The position numbers and the translations under genes were made by a program. The notes beneath the pieces are model-generated. The model saw only the letters and a list, made by a program, of their open reading frames with translations, ran no database searches and was not told the DNA's origin. A DNA stretch of 64,000 nt, taken from Myxococcales bacterium. Lineage in GTDB: Bacteria > Myxococcota_A > Polyangia > Palsa-1104 > JAEUJZ01. Where the stretch lies: NCBI GenBank assembly GCA_016794365.1, contig JAEUKB010000025.1:52693-116692 (forward strand), in the 5' to 3' direction. Below are positions 28,469 through 38,762 of the stretch, piece by piece; position 1 is the stretch's first letter; each line of letters starts with the position of its first letter.

Positions 28469-30458
28469 GCTGATGTCCTAAAAATGAATGGGGAGGATCA
28501 GAGGGAGACGGGCTCGGCTGCCACACTGGCAGCTCGCACAGACCACCCCCTATAAACAGGTGATGCCAGAGCTGCGTCATGACCAGCGCGGTGAACGCGC
28601 CATCCAGTACATAGCGACGAGGCCATGAAGCAGGAAGCAGCGCTTGCAAGGCACGCTCACGGCGGACACTCTCTACAGAAAAGTAGCCCGTCTGGCGCAG
28701 CGAAGGAGGACTGAGTAGCTGCTCAACCCAGCGCGGCAGCGGACGTAGCTCACACAGCGCGTTGGCCTTAAACATCTGCTTGGGTGGGTTGGCAATCTGT
28801 TTGGGCAGCAGCTTGTTCGCAATCCGGCGCAGCAGCCACTTGTCCGCAAAGCCGCGCAGCTTGTAGGAAGGCGACAGCGTGCTCACCAAGTCGATGAAGT
28901 CTTCATCCAGAAACGGATAGCGCGTCTCGACGCCAGCGTGCATCGCAACGCGGTCCCCTTTTCCAAGCAGAAGGTGTCCCGGCAGCATCAGCTTGTATTC
29001 CAGATACAGCGCTTGATGCAGCGGATCCCAGTGCTTCATCGCATCGATGCGCAGATCCAGATCCGCAAACGGATTGTGATCGCGCAGCGCGTCCTGCATC
29101 GCATCGGAATACAGCAGCGTCCGCGCTTGTGTCAGCGGCTCATACAGATCGAGCTGGCTCGGTCGCAGACCTTGGAAGTGATGCGCCAGCGACAGCGGAG
29201 TCACACCCGGAGTCGCCAAATAGGAAGCACCTTGCCGTAGCCAGCGCGGCAGGTCGGGATGAAGCAGAGACAGCGCCCGCATGATCTTTGCGGACTTGTG
29301 CCAGACATAGCCGCCCATCGCTTCGTCCGCACCTTCTCCGGTCAGGACAACCTTGAAGCCGCGCGCGGACACTCTCTGTGCCAGCAACAGTAGGCAGGCA
29401 TTCGCGGTGTCCATGATCGGTCCTTCTGCCGCAGTGACCGCAGCCGGAAGGGCCGACAAGATCTGCGCTGCGGAAGGAACCAGTGTCTCTAGCTGTAGCG
29501 ATAGGAGTGCAGCGGAGCGACTCGCGGACGGACGCTCATCAACACCTGCACCATCAAAGCCAACCGTAAAGGCGCTGAGCGGCTGCGTGGGATGAAGGGA
29601 GCGACTGATGCCCGCAATCAGGGTGGAATCGAGTCCTCCTGACAGATAGGAGGCAACCGGACCGTCGGAAGCAAAGCGACGATCCACTGCGCGGCGCAGC
29701 GTCTCTGTGACTTCTTCCTGAATCTGCGCTTCCTCTTGTACGAGCCGCTCCGGTCTTGCGAGCCGCTCTTGTCCTTGCGCAGGAAACTGCAAGTCCCAGT
29801 AGCGATGGATCGAGATCTGTCCGTCCTTCACCCGCAGAAAGTGACCGGGACGTAGTGCAGAGACGTTGGCAAACGCTGTCCGCTGGGTTCCGGCGGCAAA
29901 CAGCGTAAAGACCAGATCGATTCCTTTTCGATCGGGCGCGGCCTGCACAAGTCCTGAAGCCAGCAGACCTTTGATCTCGGACGACCACAGCAGAAATCCA
30001 TCGGCCAACGTGTAATACAGAGGACAGATTCCGATCCGATCCCGACCGAGCAGCAGCGTCCGTTCCGATCGATCATACAGCGCGACGGCAAACTGTCCGC
30101 GCACGCTGGCAAAGCACGCGGTTCCTTTCGCTAGATACAGTGCAGGCCAGACTTCGGTATCGCAGCGGCTGCGGAAGCTCGCTCCGCTGGTCGCGAGATC
30201 CTGACTAAGCGCTTCTGCGTTGTAGATCTCTCCGTTCTGGGACACCCACACCCGTCCGCTTGGATCGGACAGAGGCTGTCGTCCGTGCGCTACGTCTTGA
30301 ATCGCCAGTCGCTGCGCCGCCATGGCGATTCCCACATCGGACCAAGCAAAGGAGTCGTCTGGTCCGCGATGACGAACACTGTGCGCCATCTGCCATAGTC
30401 TGCGCAGCGGCAGCGTTCTGGACCCTTGCAGATCGATTCCTCCTACGATGCCGCACAT
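28458..30458 (-). CDS. asnB: asparagine synthetase B-like glutamine amidotransferase (amide-forming, AsnB family)
   Basis: N-terminal MCGIVG (Ntn Cys2) class-II GATase domain; synthetase domain with SGGLDS PP-loop. Confidence 0.9.
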   Translation of the reverse strand: MCGIVGGIDLQGSRTLPLRRLWQMAHSVRHRGPDDSFAWSDVGIAMAAQRLAIQDVAHGRQPLSDPSGRVWVSQNGEIYNAEALSQDLATSGASFRSRCDTEVWPALYLAKGTACFASVRGQFAVALYDRSERTLLLGRDRIGICPLYYTLADGFLLWSSEIKGLLASGLVQAAPDRKGIDLVFTLFAAGTQRTAFANVSALRPGHFLRVKDGQISIHRYWDLQFPAQGQERLARPERLVQEEAQIQEEVTETLRRAVDRRFASDGPVASYLSGGLDSTLIAGISRSLHPTQPLSAFTVGFDGAGVDERPSASRSAALLSLQLETLVPSAAQILSALPAAVTAAEGPIMDTANACLLLLAQRVSARGFKVVLTGEGADEAMGGYVWHKSAKIMRALSLLHPDLPRWLRQGASYLATPGVTPLSLAHHFQGLRPSQLDLYEPLTQARTLLYSDAMQDALRDHNPFADLDLRIDAMKHWDPLHQALYLEYKLMLPGHLLLGKGDRVAMHAGVETRYPFLDEDFIDLVSTLSPSYKLRGFADKWLLRRIANKLLPKQIANPPKQMFKANALCELRPLPRWVEQLLSPPSLRQTGYFSVESVRRERALQALLPASWPRRYVLDGAFTALVMTQLWHHLFIGGGLCELPVWQPSPSPSDPPHSFLGHQHAL

Positions 30459-30465
30459 GCTGGGT

Positions 30466-32697
30466 TTACGATGCCTCCGCAGCTTGGGAACGGATCAAGC
30501 GAGCGCGCAGCCAGCGATAGCCAAGCTTGGGACCGATCCGCAGCGCAATCGCGCGCAAGAGCGGCGCACTCGATTCGGAGTACGTTGCAAAGCCGCGCCA
30601 GACACGCTGCCAGCACTGCGCAGCCTGCGCTGCATCGGCATGCGTTGCGACATCATCCAGATACAGCGCAATCGCTTCCACAGACCAGGCGGTATGACCC
30701 GTTGCGCCGTTGTCGATCGTGTTGTGCAGCACAAAGAAGTAGGGATCGATCTGATGACTCCGCAGCAGCGCGCTCGCACGGCTGTACATGGTGCCGACTC
30801 CTGCCATCTCGATCGCCAGGTTCAGACCGAGCAGCTCTGGAAAGAAGTCGCGACTGTGTAGCGCATACGCGAGCCACAGCACCGGTGTGGAAAAGGACGC
30901 AGGCAGGAGCTGCGGAAGCGTAACAAAGGCCGCGCTGTCTGCTGTTGGCAGCGTGATTCCCTGCTCTGCCAAGACCTTGCGCATCAGGTTGCCGTGATGT
31001 TGATGACACAGACCGGAGCCCAGCTCATCCCGATAGATTCGCAGCAGCAGACTCGCAGCGCGCGAAGTCTGAACCGCTGGTCGCAGCGTCCCTTGTAGCC
31101 ATGCGCCATCGATCAGCGCCGCCGGAGCGAGCTGAAGCAGCAGCCAGATCACTTCATCTCGGTTGAGGTACTGTTCAGGCAGTGTTGTGTCCGGCGGTTC
31201 GGCTGCGATCACTTGTTCTTGAAGGCGCGCATTCACCCAGTGCTGAAGTCGCTTGATCGACCACGGCCACAGACCCTTCTGGACCAAGTGCGGAACCTGT
31301 CCGGCTCGTTCTACTTCAGACAGTCGCGCTGTCAGATACGCTCGCGCAAGCGCCACCGATTCAGGCTGGGAATGCAGACAGAGCCAGCGATGATAAAGCT
31401 GCGGCAGCGCTGGCATCTTCTGAGACATAGGCACCGGGCTGGGACGTGATGAATCCACAGCCAAGGACGCTGCATTCCGCGCGCTCTGTGCGGGCGCGAG
31501 ATCCAAGCGCGGCGCAGTCTGCGCAACATCAAGTGGCGACGTAGCTTGCTTATCTGTCAGCGATCCAATCCAGCGTGCGATCACGGATAGCTCGGCATCG
31601 TCAAACACGCCGAACATGGGTCCGCCAAACTGGGTTGTATGCGTGAGCAGAGGACTCTGTTCTGGCTGTCCTTTGACAATCCACGCGGACTCTGCCAGCG
31701 CCGACAGAAAGTCCGTCACTTGTGGCTTGCGCGGATCAAAGTACGCATCGATCGATCGATTTCCTAGCTTGACGTGACGATGAAATCCGTAGCCGTGCGC
31801 CAGCTTGCGCAAGACCAGATCCTGCATTTGCTGTTCGATGGAAGGCTCTGGCTGCACGATCAGAGACGACAGCCACTGCCGCTGCGCATCCAGCACCCAC
31901 AGCGCTCCTGTCAGGATCCGCGCAAGCGCTGCTCCGTTTGTCTGGGCATACGCTGAAAGGATCTGGGCCAGCTGCGGCTCTGCTTTGTGCAGCGATGTCC
32001 CTTCATCCAGCGGCTGGTCATTACTTGTCTGTGGGAGACACTGCGCTGCGGCCTCTTGCACCGTTTGCGGCGGGCTCCACAGCGTCATCGCAGCATGCAC
32101 TCCGATCACTTCTGGAAGATGCGCAGCCCCGAGTCTTCCTACCTGTAGCAGCAGCCGTCCGATGCCAAAGTCGGACTCTGCAAAGCGTGGATCAGCGACA
32201 AAGTGCGGACTTGCGAAATCGGGCACAGAAACCCCACACGCCGAGAGCACGCTGCGATACAGAACGCCTCTCTGCTTCGACCATTCCCCCTGTCCGTACA
32301 GCGCAAAGTAGGCTGATAATAGGAGCTGTCCCAGCTCGCTGCTTGTATGTTCCACGGTCACAAGACCAGACAGCCAGCAGCCCGCCAGCAGTCCGGTTGG
32401 CGCAAAGCGTAGCAGCCGATGCTGTGCAGTCATCGCGGGATCAGGAGTGGGCTGGTTTGCCTCTTCACGAAGCGCAGCCAGGTGAGACAGAAGCGTGAGC
32501 GGACTCCGCAGCCCGTCGCGCTGCATCACATCCTGCGCAAGGGACTGGGCATAGACGGACAGCGCAGGCAGCTCGCCGGTCGCTTCGTCAGTCGTCTGCC
32601 CGAGCAGCCGATGATAGTCCGCGCGTGTGCTTTGTAATGGAACCGATCCAGCCAAGCCTGCTTCCCCACACAGCCCCAAGGGACCGCAGCCAGCCAC
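30466..32697 (-). CDS. hypothetical 743-aa protein; two internally similar helical segments weakly resembling heme-oxygenase-like/iron-containing redox enzyme family (unverified)
   Basis: Segments HLPEVIGVHAAMTLW and FFPELLGLNLAIEMAGVG...H...H..D..H. First gene of the operon with asnB-like, AurF-like and PLD-like genes. Confidence 0.45.
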   Translation of the reverse strand: MAGCGPLGLCGEAGLAGSVPLQSTRADYHRLLGQTTDEATGELPALSVYAQSLAQDVMQRDGLRSPLTLLSHLAALREEANQPTPDPAMTAQHRLLRFAPTGLLAGCWLSGLVTVEHTSSELGQLLLSAYFALYGQGEWSKQRGVLYRSVLSACGVSVPDFASPHFVADPRFAESDFGIGRLLLQVGRLGAAHLPEVIGVHAAMTLWSPPQTVQEAAAQCLPQTSNDQPLDEGTSLHKAEPQLAQILSAYAQTNGAALARILTGALWVLDAQRQWLSSLIVQPEPSIEQQMQDLVLRKLAHGYGFHRHVKLGNRSIDAYFDPRKPQVTDFLSALAESAWIVKGQPEQSPLLTHTTQFGGPMFGVFDDAELSVIARWIGSLTDKQATSPLDVAQTAPRLDLAPAQSARNAASLAVDSSRPSPVPMSQKMPALPQLYHRWLCLHSQPESVALARAYLTARLSEVERAGQVPHLVQKGLWPWSIKRLQHWVNARLQEQVIAAEPPDTTLPEQYLNRDEVIWLLLQLAPAALIDGAWLQGTLRPAVQTSRAASLLLRIYRDELGSGLCHQHHGNLMRKVLAEQGITLPTADSAAFVTLPQLLPASFSTPVLWLAYALHSRDFFPELLGLNLAIEMAGVGTMYSRASALLRSHQIDPYFFVLHNTIDNGATGHTAWSVEAIALYLDDVATHADAAQAAQCWQRVWRGFATYSESSAPLLRAIALRIGPKLGYRWLRARLIRSQAAEAS

Positions 32698-32839
32698 CCG
32701 ATCGCGCGTGGCGCAGCGTAGTCCTTTGGGAGATTGTGTTAGGAAGTCCGACCACTGTCACGGAGTTTTTCTGTCCCTGCGCGATCTGGCTTGGATCGAT
32801 GCACATTTCCGTCTGTGGCAAGACAGGCAGCGCTCGCGC

Positions 32840-34081
32840 TTACGGAAGAGCGACAGGCTTCAGACCGAGCGCCGCTCCGAGTGCCCGGGTGGCTTCCTTT
32901 TCAAACGGAGCCGCTCCCGGTGCTTTGGCGCGGGCCAGCATGCCGTCGTAAAAGGCGCGCAGCTCGGTCTTGTTCATCGGACGTTCCTTTCCTCCTCCGA
33001 CCGCGATAAAAAACTTTCCGCGCGTGGGAGAGCCGTCCTTTTCGTCCTGACGAACAACCACCATCAGCGCGCCCGCCGTTCCTGTCAGGGTCCAGCTTCC
33101 GTTTCCGTGTACCGCTGTGGGGTAATAGGTCTTGAGGTCCGCTGCTTTGAACTTCGCCACCGCCGCCGGACTGGCCGGAGCCGGAGCCGCAGTCGCAGTA
33201 GGAGCCGGAGTAGGAGTCGCAACTGGAGTAGGAGCCGGAGTAGGAGCCGGAGTAGGAGCCGGAGTAGGAGCCGGAGTAGGAGTCGGAGTAGGAGCCGGAG
33301 TCGGAGTCGGAGTAGGAGTCGCAGCCGGCATGACCGGCGAGATCAGTGCGCAGTTTTTGACGTTCAGATCGACGGTGTCCATCTCTTCGACCGTCGCGCT
33401 CACCACTGCTTCGGTCGTAGACGGTAGGTTCTGAACAAATGACACGACCGGACCGGACAGACGACAGGAAACCGAGTTGAACTCGTTGCCACGGATCTTC
33501 AGCTTATCGCCCGATACCGAAGCAATCCGACCGCTGATGGTCAGCGCCTTTCCCTTGTACTTTAGCGTCGCCGCCACCGAGTTCTTCAGATAGTCCGTCA
33601 GCATGTCTTTGGCGGTTACAGAGTCTCCGCTCAGTGGCAGATTTACCGTCGCTGGGAGCACCGGATCAAGCAGCTTGATGATCTTGCAGTTTTGGAGCCG
33701 CAGTGAATACGTTCCGATCGCAGCGACTCCCGTGACCACCAGTGTCTGTCCCACCGCCAGCTTGGCCAGCTCTGGGGAATCGGACAGCGCGGACTCACAC
33801 GCGATGTAGTCGAAGTACTTGGGCGAGCGCAGATCGATCGCCGGATTTTTGCGTCCAAGCGAGTCGTTGACTGCGAAGAAGCCGTTCACACGCAGATTGA
33901 ACACCTCTAGCTGCTTGCCGTTGTAGCCAGCCGCCGCCGCGCCGCCTGTTTTTTGCGCAGCAATCAGATCGACGCCATCCACCCGCTGCGCCGTCTGCGC
34001 ATGGGCCGTCATTTCAACCAGAGACAGAAGCGCAACGGCAACACCTTGCGCAACACAGATCAGGGAACCAGTGCGAGACAT
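32840..34081 (-). CDS. secreted two-domain protein with tRNA_anti-like OB-fold repeats and PT-rich linker
   Basis: Signal peptide; two OB-fold-like repeats ([14 protein letters not shown]..., [24 protein letters not shown]); (PTPTPAPT)n linker; AGGAG RBS before the ATG at 34081. Confidence 0.6.
   Translation of the reverse strand: MSRTGSLICVAQGVAVALLSLVEMTAHAQTAQRVDGVDLIAAQKTGGAAAAGYNGKQLEVFNLRVNGFFAVNDSLGRKNPAIDLRSPKYFDYIACESALSDSPELAKLAVGQTLVVTGVAAIGTYSLRLQNCKIIKLLDPVLPATVNLPLSGDSVTAKDMLTDYLKNSVAATLKYKGKALTISGRIASVSGDKLKIRGNEFNSVSCRLSGPVVSFVQNLPSTTEAVVSATVEEMDTVDLNVKNCALISPVMPAATPTPTPTPAPTPTPTPAPTPAPTPAPTPAPTPVATPTPAPTATAAPAPASPAAVAKFKAADLKTYYPTAVHGNGSWTLTGTAGALMVVVRQDEKDGSPTRGKFFIAVGGGKERPMNKTELRAFYDGMLARAKAPGAAPFEKEATRALGAALGLKPVALP
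33165..33340 (-). repeat. coding tandem repeat (ggagccggagtagga...) encoding the Pro/Thr/Ala linker
   Basis: Seen as a (PTPAPT)n run in the - frame and as GAGVGAGVG / RSRSRS runs in other frames. Confidence 0.6.
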
Positions 34082-34210
34082 GAACACACTCCTATGCAAA
34101 GTCTACAGTAGCAAAGAGACGGCCTCATAGGTGCTTCCTTCAGCGTGCGCGCGCAGCGATTGGTACAGCGCAGTCTGTTCGTAGAAGCGCACTGTGAATG
34201 AATCGAACAT

Positions 34211-34300
34211 CCAGAACCAGACACCCAGAACCAGACACCCGGTCGTCGATCGCCAGACAGAGTCAGACAGAGTCAGACAGAGTCAGACAGAGTCAGACAC
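34211..34300. repeat. short tandem repeats in promoter region: (ccagaaccagacac)x2 and (cagacagagt)x~4.5
   Basis: Located 130-220 bp upstream of the 34081 start, downstream of the TonB receptor stop. Confidence 0.7.
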
Positions 34301-34328
34301 ACATGGGACAGACGCTGGGTTTCCGTTT

Positions 34329-36635
34329 CTATCGCTGCCAGTTCCATTCGATTCCGAAGAACACCTGACGATATCCTGCGGGCTGAATTCCCGACGGAGC
34401 ACGGCTGGCGATGTAGATCTGATTGCCAAGGTTTTTTCCAGCCACGTAACCAGTCAGGCCAAGGCGTCGGTAGGTGTAGGCGATGCGCGCATCGATCGTC
34501 AGATAGCCAGGAATCTCTCCGACCAGTCCGTCGCGTGACGAAAAGGTGGTATTTTCTTTGTCCGCAAACTGTTTGCCGACATAGCCAAGCTGGACCTGTG
34601 CTTCGATTCCGATGCGATGCGCCACGCGATACTGCGCGTTCAGCTGATGCATCGGAGCATACGGCAGTCGGAGTCCGTCATTGATGCCTCCGACAAACAT
34701 CGCCATGGGGACAAACGTATATCCAAAGGAGATCGGAATCGACAGAGCGGACCAGCCAAGGGGGCCCGCAACATCGAACATTCCGGATGATTCCAGACCG
34801 ATGTGACGACTCCTTCCGGCGTTAAAGGAACCCGCAGAGACAGCGCCTCCTGACTCACTGGGCGGAATGATCTGGTTTTCAAACTCCAGCCAAAAGCCGG
34901 TGGCTTCGAAGCTGAGCCAGCGTCCTACTTGCAGTCGCGTACCCAGCTCACTGTTCCATGACAGCTCTGGATCGAGCTGAAGATCTTGTCCAGAAGGAGA
35001 CACCGCATCCTTGGATCGTGGTGGGGCGTAGCCGCGATGAACCCCTGCATACAGCGTCATGGGATCGATGACTTTGGCAGAGACTCCGATGCCAGGAATT
35101 GCTGCGAAGCTAAACGCTTCCCCCAACGAGTCGGTGTTGCGTGATGCCATGGTTCCATCAGGCTGCCGGACCTGCTGACGAAGGACGCGTCGATCAGAGA
35201 AGTAGTTTTCGATCCGGACACCGGGCGTGACAAACAGTCTGTCCCACAGCGCAAAGCGATTTTGAATCGCTGCGGCGACTGCGTAGCCATGGCGAAGCTC
35301 ATCATCGCGAATGTCACCGGATAGATCGGTCGGTGTCTCGGTTCCCAGAATCTGTTCACGCGCGCGCTCATAGTGAAGACGAACCAGCGCTGTCAGCTCT
35401 CCTTTGAATGCGGAGGATGCCTTCCAGTTCCACAGCAGTCGCGGCTCGATTCCTGCGACTTCATATTGACGATTGCGAATCACTGAAGAGCTTCGGAAGT
35501 AGACTGATCCACCGTCAGATGTTGGCCTGATCTCAGGGCTTCCACGCAGACCACAGCGAGCCTGCTCATCACAGATCCGCTCATACGGAATTCCCTGATC
35601 TTGGCGATCGTATTCCTGTCGTCTCCATGCGCGCGCAGTGTGATAGCCATAGAGCACGGTCTGGAGCTGGAGAGACTCTCTTAGCCACTGCTGATGCGTT
35701 ACAGAGGCCGCGTAGCGACGAACCAAGAATCGATCGTTGTGCGCAAGGTTTAGGTACGGATCGTGCGCAAACTGCGCGGTGGTTGGTCCCAGATACGTTG
35801 CAGCAGAGGACTCATCGTAGACGCTCAGCTTGACACGCAGCACCGATGTCTGGGAAAGCTGAAGCCGCAGCTTGGCTGTTGCATCCGTCAGCGCGAGATC
35901 GAGCTTTCTTGGACCGTCAAACCTTCGGTGCGAGACATCAACTTGCCAGCCTACTGATCCATGCGTGGCACCGATTCCTGCTTGCGCCAGGACATAACCA
36001 AAGGAGCCGTAACGTACATCGGCCCGAGCGGCCAGATCAGACGGTGGATCGCGCGACAGAAAGTTAATCACGCCACCGATGGTCTGCGGTCCATACAGAA
36101 TCTGACCGCTTCCTTTGAGGACTTCGATTCGCTCCATTCGCTCGATCGGGGGCGTGTAGTACTGCTCTGGAACGCCATACGGATTGAGCGTGATGGGAAC
36201 GCCATCTTCCAGGACCAGAACCTTGCGACTGCGATTCGGATCAAGTCCGCGAATGCCGATGTTGAGTCGCAGACCGATTCCTTCTTCAGACACCACATGA
36301 AGTCCGGGCACGCTGCGGAGTACGTCTGCACTGCTCTGTGCTGCTTGCCTGCGAATGTCTGACTGCGTGATCAGGGCGACGGTACCGGGAATCTTGTCAA
36401 TCGGTCGGATGGCACGTACCAAGGTAGACAGAGACGGACTGGAAGACAGAGACGGACCGGAAGACGGAAGTGACTGCGCAGACTCTTGTGGCAACGAGGG
36501 GTCAGACACAATCGCATCCGGCGATGCGGCGGATTGATCCACACCCTGTGCTTGCGTGCGCTCTGCATGCAAAGACAGCAGCGCAGCCAAGAGGAGCTGA
36601 GCAGAGCGCGTACTGTAAGGACTCTGTACGATCAT
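34329..36635 (-). CDS. TonB-dependent outer membrane receptor
   Basis: Signal peptide, plug domain, 22-strand barrel features, C-terminal aromatic terminus (WNWQR). Confidence 0.9.
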   Translation of the reverse strand: MIVQSPYSTRSAQLLLAALLSLHAERTQAQGVDQSAASPDAIVSDPSLPQESAQSLPSSGPSLSSSPSLSTLVRAIRPIDKIPGTVALITQSDIRRQAAQSSADVLRSVPGLHVVSEEGIGLRLNIGIRGLDPNRSRKVLVLEDGVPITLNPYGVPEQYYTPPIERMERIEVLKGSGQILYGPQTIGGVINFLSRDPPSDLAARADVRYGSFGYVLAQAGIGATHGSVGWQVDVSHRRFDGPRKLDLALTDATAKLRLQLSQTSVLRVKLSVYDESSAATYLGPTTAQFAHDPYLNLAHNDRFLVRRYAASVTHQQWLRESLQLQTVLYGYHTARAWRRQEYDRQDQGIPYERICDEQARCGLRGSPEIRPTSDGGSVYFRSSSVIRNRQYEVAGIEPRLLWNWKASSAFKGELTALVRLHYERAREQILGTETPTDLSGDIRDDELRHGYAVAAAIQNRFALWDRLFVTPGVRIENYFSDRRVLRQQVRQPDGTMASRNTDSLGEAFSFAAIPGIGVSAKVIDPMTLYAGVHRGYAPPRSKDAVSPSGQDLQLDPELSWNSELGTRLQVGRWLSFEATGFWLEFENQIIPPSESGGAVSAGSFNAGRSRHIGLESSGMFDVAGPLGWSALSIPISFGYTFVPMAMFVGGINDGLRLPYAPMHQLNAQYRVAHRIGIEAQVQLGYVGKQFADKENTTFSSRDGLVGEIPGYLTIDARIAYTYRRLGLTGYVAGKNLGNQIYIASRAPSGIQPAGYRQVFFGIEWNWQR

Positions 36636-36647
36636 GGGATGCTGCTC

Positions 36648-38762
36648 TTAGTCGTGATCACCTTCCACGCGACGCGGCGGAGCGATCGATAGCGCAGCGG
36701 TGAAGTCTTGCTTGAGAGAGTCTGTGAGCAGCTTGATCGCGTCATAGATGCGCAGCACAGACATGCTGTCGGACTGAAGTTTTTGCGAAAGACTCTGATC
36801 CCCGAGCTGCGCGATCACAGCTTGGGCACCGTCGATGTCTCGCAAGATTCGGTTTGTCACATCATCCGCAGAGACAGAGCGCAGCAGATCATCAAAGCCA
36901 AGTGCGGCTGGGGATTCTCGGCCTCCCAAAAACAGTGTACGGAATCCTGTGAGGTTGTTTTGCAGATGCTCTCTGTCTGCATCGGCCCACTGCGACTCGA
37001 GTGCTTCAGGACACAGTGGCTTTGTGCAGTCGCGTAGACCGAGCGGCTGCGCCAACTTGCGATCTTTGACTGTGATCTCCAGATAAAACAGCGCTTCACT
37101 GACGGAGTTTAGCGCTGCTTGCTGGGTTGCGTAGACGACGCTGCCCTGGCCTGCGCTGGCAAGCTGAATCAGAAAGTTTCCTTTTTCCCAGGCTGAAAGG
37201 AGTGTCCGAACTTGGGTGAGGAGATCGGCCACAGCCGCTTTGGCATACGCTACCTTTCGCTTCTGTAGCTCTGTTATAGACAGTGCAGCCCAGGTTCCCA
37301 TGGCATTGATCGGAGCATCTGCCGCACAGCCGTTGTCCGTTCCTTTGTAGAACAAAAGATACTCCAGCGCGCCGAGTCCTCTTCCTGATTCTGCCGTCGC
37401 TGGGAACAGCTCTCCTTCATAGATGCGACTGACCAGCTGCTGATCGATGACACAGCGACTTTGATCAGGAAATGCATAGATTTTGTTGCGCAGACCAAGC
37501 CCGCCAGCACTGGGCGCACTGGCCAGAGGACCGAACTGAAATAGCTCGACTTGTTGCCACGCTGCCATTGCGCGCTTCCATGCTCTCTGTGATGCAAGGC
37601 TCGGGGCTTCTTGGTCTTGCTCGATGGCTTGGGCGAGCAGGATCGCTTCCTGTTCAAAGCCTCGATAGGAAGTCAGTGCCGCTTCTCCCAAAGAAGTCAG
37701 CAGGGCTGCGCGATCGATGCGCTTGCTTGATGTGCAGCCGATAAGACAGAGCAGCACCGATAGACCGATTCCGGTCCGCAGAGCTGAGCGGTAGCGACGA
37801 AGGATTGTGTAAAGCATGATGGCTGTCTCCTGAAGAGGACGAAGTAGTGCAGCCATGACCGTCGGGTAGGGCTGCGATAAGGGGCCTTCCAGTCCGAAGC
37901 GGGGAGGAGTCTGGTTGTGCGCAGACAGATGCGTACCAAACAGTCGATCCCAGACTGCAAGAACAGTCCCAAAGTTGCGATCATGATGTGCGGACGCTGC
38001 GCTGTGATGAAGCTGATGCTGCGCAGGGCTGATCAGCCACTGCTCGATGCGCGCACCGTAGGAAAGAAAGACATGGGAATGGCGAAGATTTGCGCCACAC
38101 AAGCTCCAGACAAAGCCGATCGCATCGACCCCAAGGAGCTCAAAGCAGTAGAGCTGGGAACCAAACAGATAGATCAAACATCCCGTCGCTGTTCCCATTG
38201 TCAAGGCACCACGTAAGCCACTGAGGATTCCTTCGAGCGGATGGGTGCGATACAAAGAAAATGGCGTCAGCACTTCCGCAGAGTGATGGACTTTGTGCAG
38301 CGTCCATAGGATCGGAATGCGATGCATCAGCAAGTGCAGCGCGAAGTGACTGAAGTCATCGATCAGAAACAAGATCAGCGTGCTTAGCAGTCCCAAAAGC
38401 AGCGGCGGCATGGTCAGCAGAGGCGGCGGTCCACACAGTGCGTGCAGTCCGCGATGAACCTGCTGCGTGATCGTGATCACAGACACAAACAGCGGTGCCA
38501 ACAGCGTCGCTTTCAGGACTGCTTTGACCCACAGCAGCTTGTAGTCAAGCAGTGCGGAAGGATGCAGACAGACAGCGGGAGAAAGCAGCGCGGAGAGCTG
38601 CCGCCACGGCTTCTGTTTTGGTGCGCTGCGCACAAGTCCGATCAGCACCGCAACCAAAAGAAATGGTGCAAAGACACGCTTAGCTGGATCCAGGAGCATC
38701 GTCGCTGGAGCCGTCAGCGCATCCGTCAGCGGAGCAATCAGTGTGCGGAGCAGCTCGGCCAT
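36648..38762 (-). CDS. fusion protein: N-terminal fatty acid hydroxylase/sterol desaturase (membrane diiron, His boxes) + C-terminal imelysin-like (EfeO/IrpA-like) periplasmic domain
   Basis: His boxes HKVHHS and HQLHHS with TM helices in the first ~300 aa; C-terminal four-helix-bundle region with an imelysin-like GALEYLLF motif. Confidence 0.6.
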   Translation of the reverse strand: MAELLRTLIAPLTDALTAPATMLLDPAKRVFAPFLLVAVLIGLVRSAPKQKPWRQLSALLSPAVCLHPSALLDYKLLWVKAVLKATLLAPLFVSVITITQQVHRGLHALCGPPPLLTMPPLLLGLLSTLILFLIDDFSHFALHLLMHRIPILWTLHKVHHSAEVLTPFSLYRTHPLEGILSGLRGALTMGTATGCLIYLFGSQLYCFELLGVDAIGFVWSLCGANLRHSHVFLSYGARIEQWLISPAQHQLHHSAASAHHDRNFGTVLAVWDRLFGTHLSAHNQTPPRFGLEGPLSQPYPTVMAALLRPLQETAIMLYTILRRYRSALRTGIGLSVLLCLIGCTSSKRIDRAALLTSLGEAALTSYRGFEQEAILLAQAIEQDQEAPSLASQRAWKRAMAAWQQVELFQFGPLASAPSAGGLGLRNKIYAFPDQSRCVIDQQLVSRIYEGELFPATAESGRGLGALEYLLFYKGTDNGCAADAPINAMGTWAALSITELQKRKVAYAKAAVADLLTQVRTLLSAWEKGNFLIQLASAGQGSVVYATQQAALNSVSEALFYLEITVKDRKLAQPLGLRDCTKPLCPEALESQWADADREHLQNNLTGFRTLFLGGRESPAALGFDDLLRSVSADDVTNRILRDIDGAQAVIAQLGDQSLSQKLQSDSMSVLRIYDAIKLLTDSLKQDFTAALSIAPPRRVEGDHD

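Noticed and set aside
32627-33434. Plus-strand ORFs with RSRSRS... and GAGVGAGVG... translations
   Set aside because: They are alternate-frame or antisense readings of the (PTPAPT)n linker-coding repeat of the minus-strand secreted protein gene.
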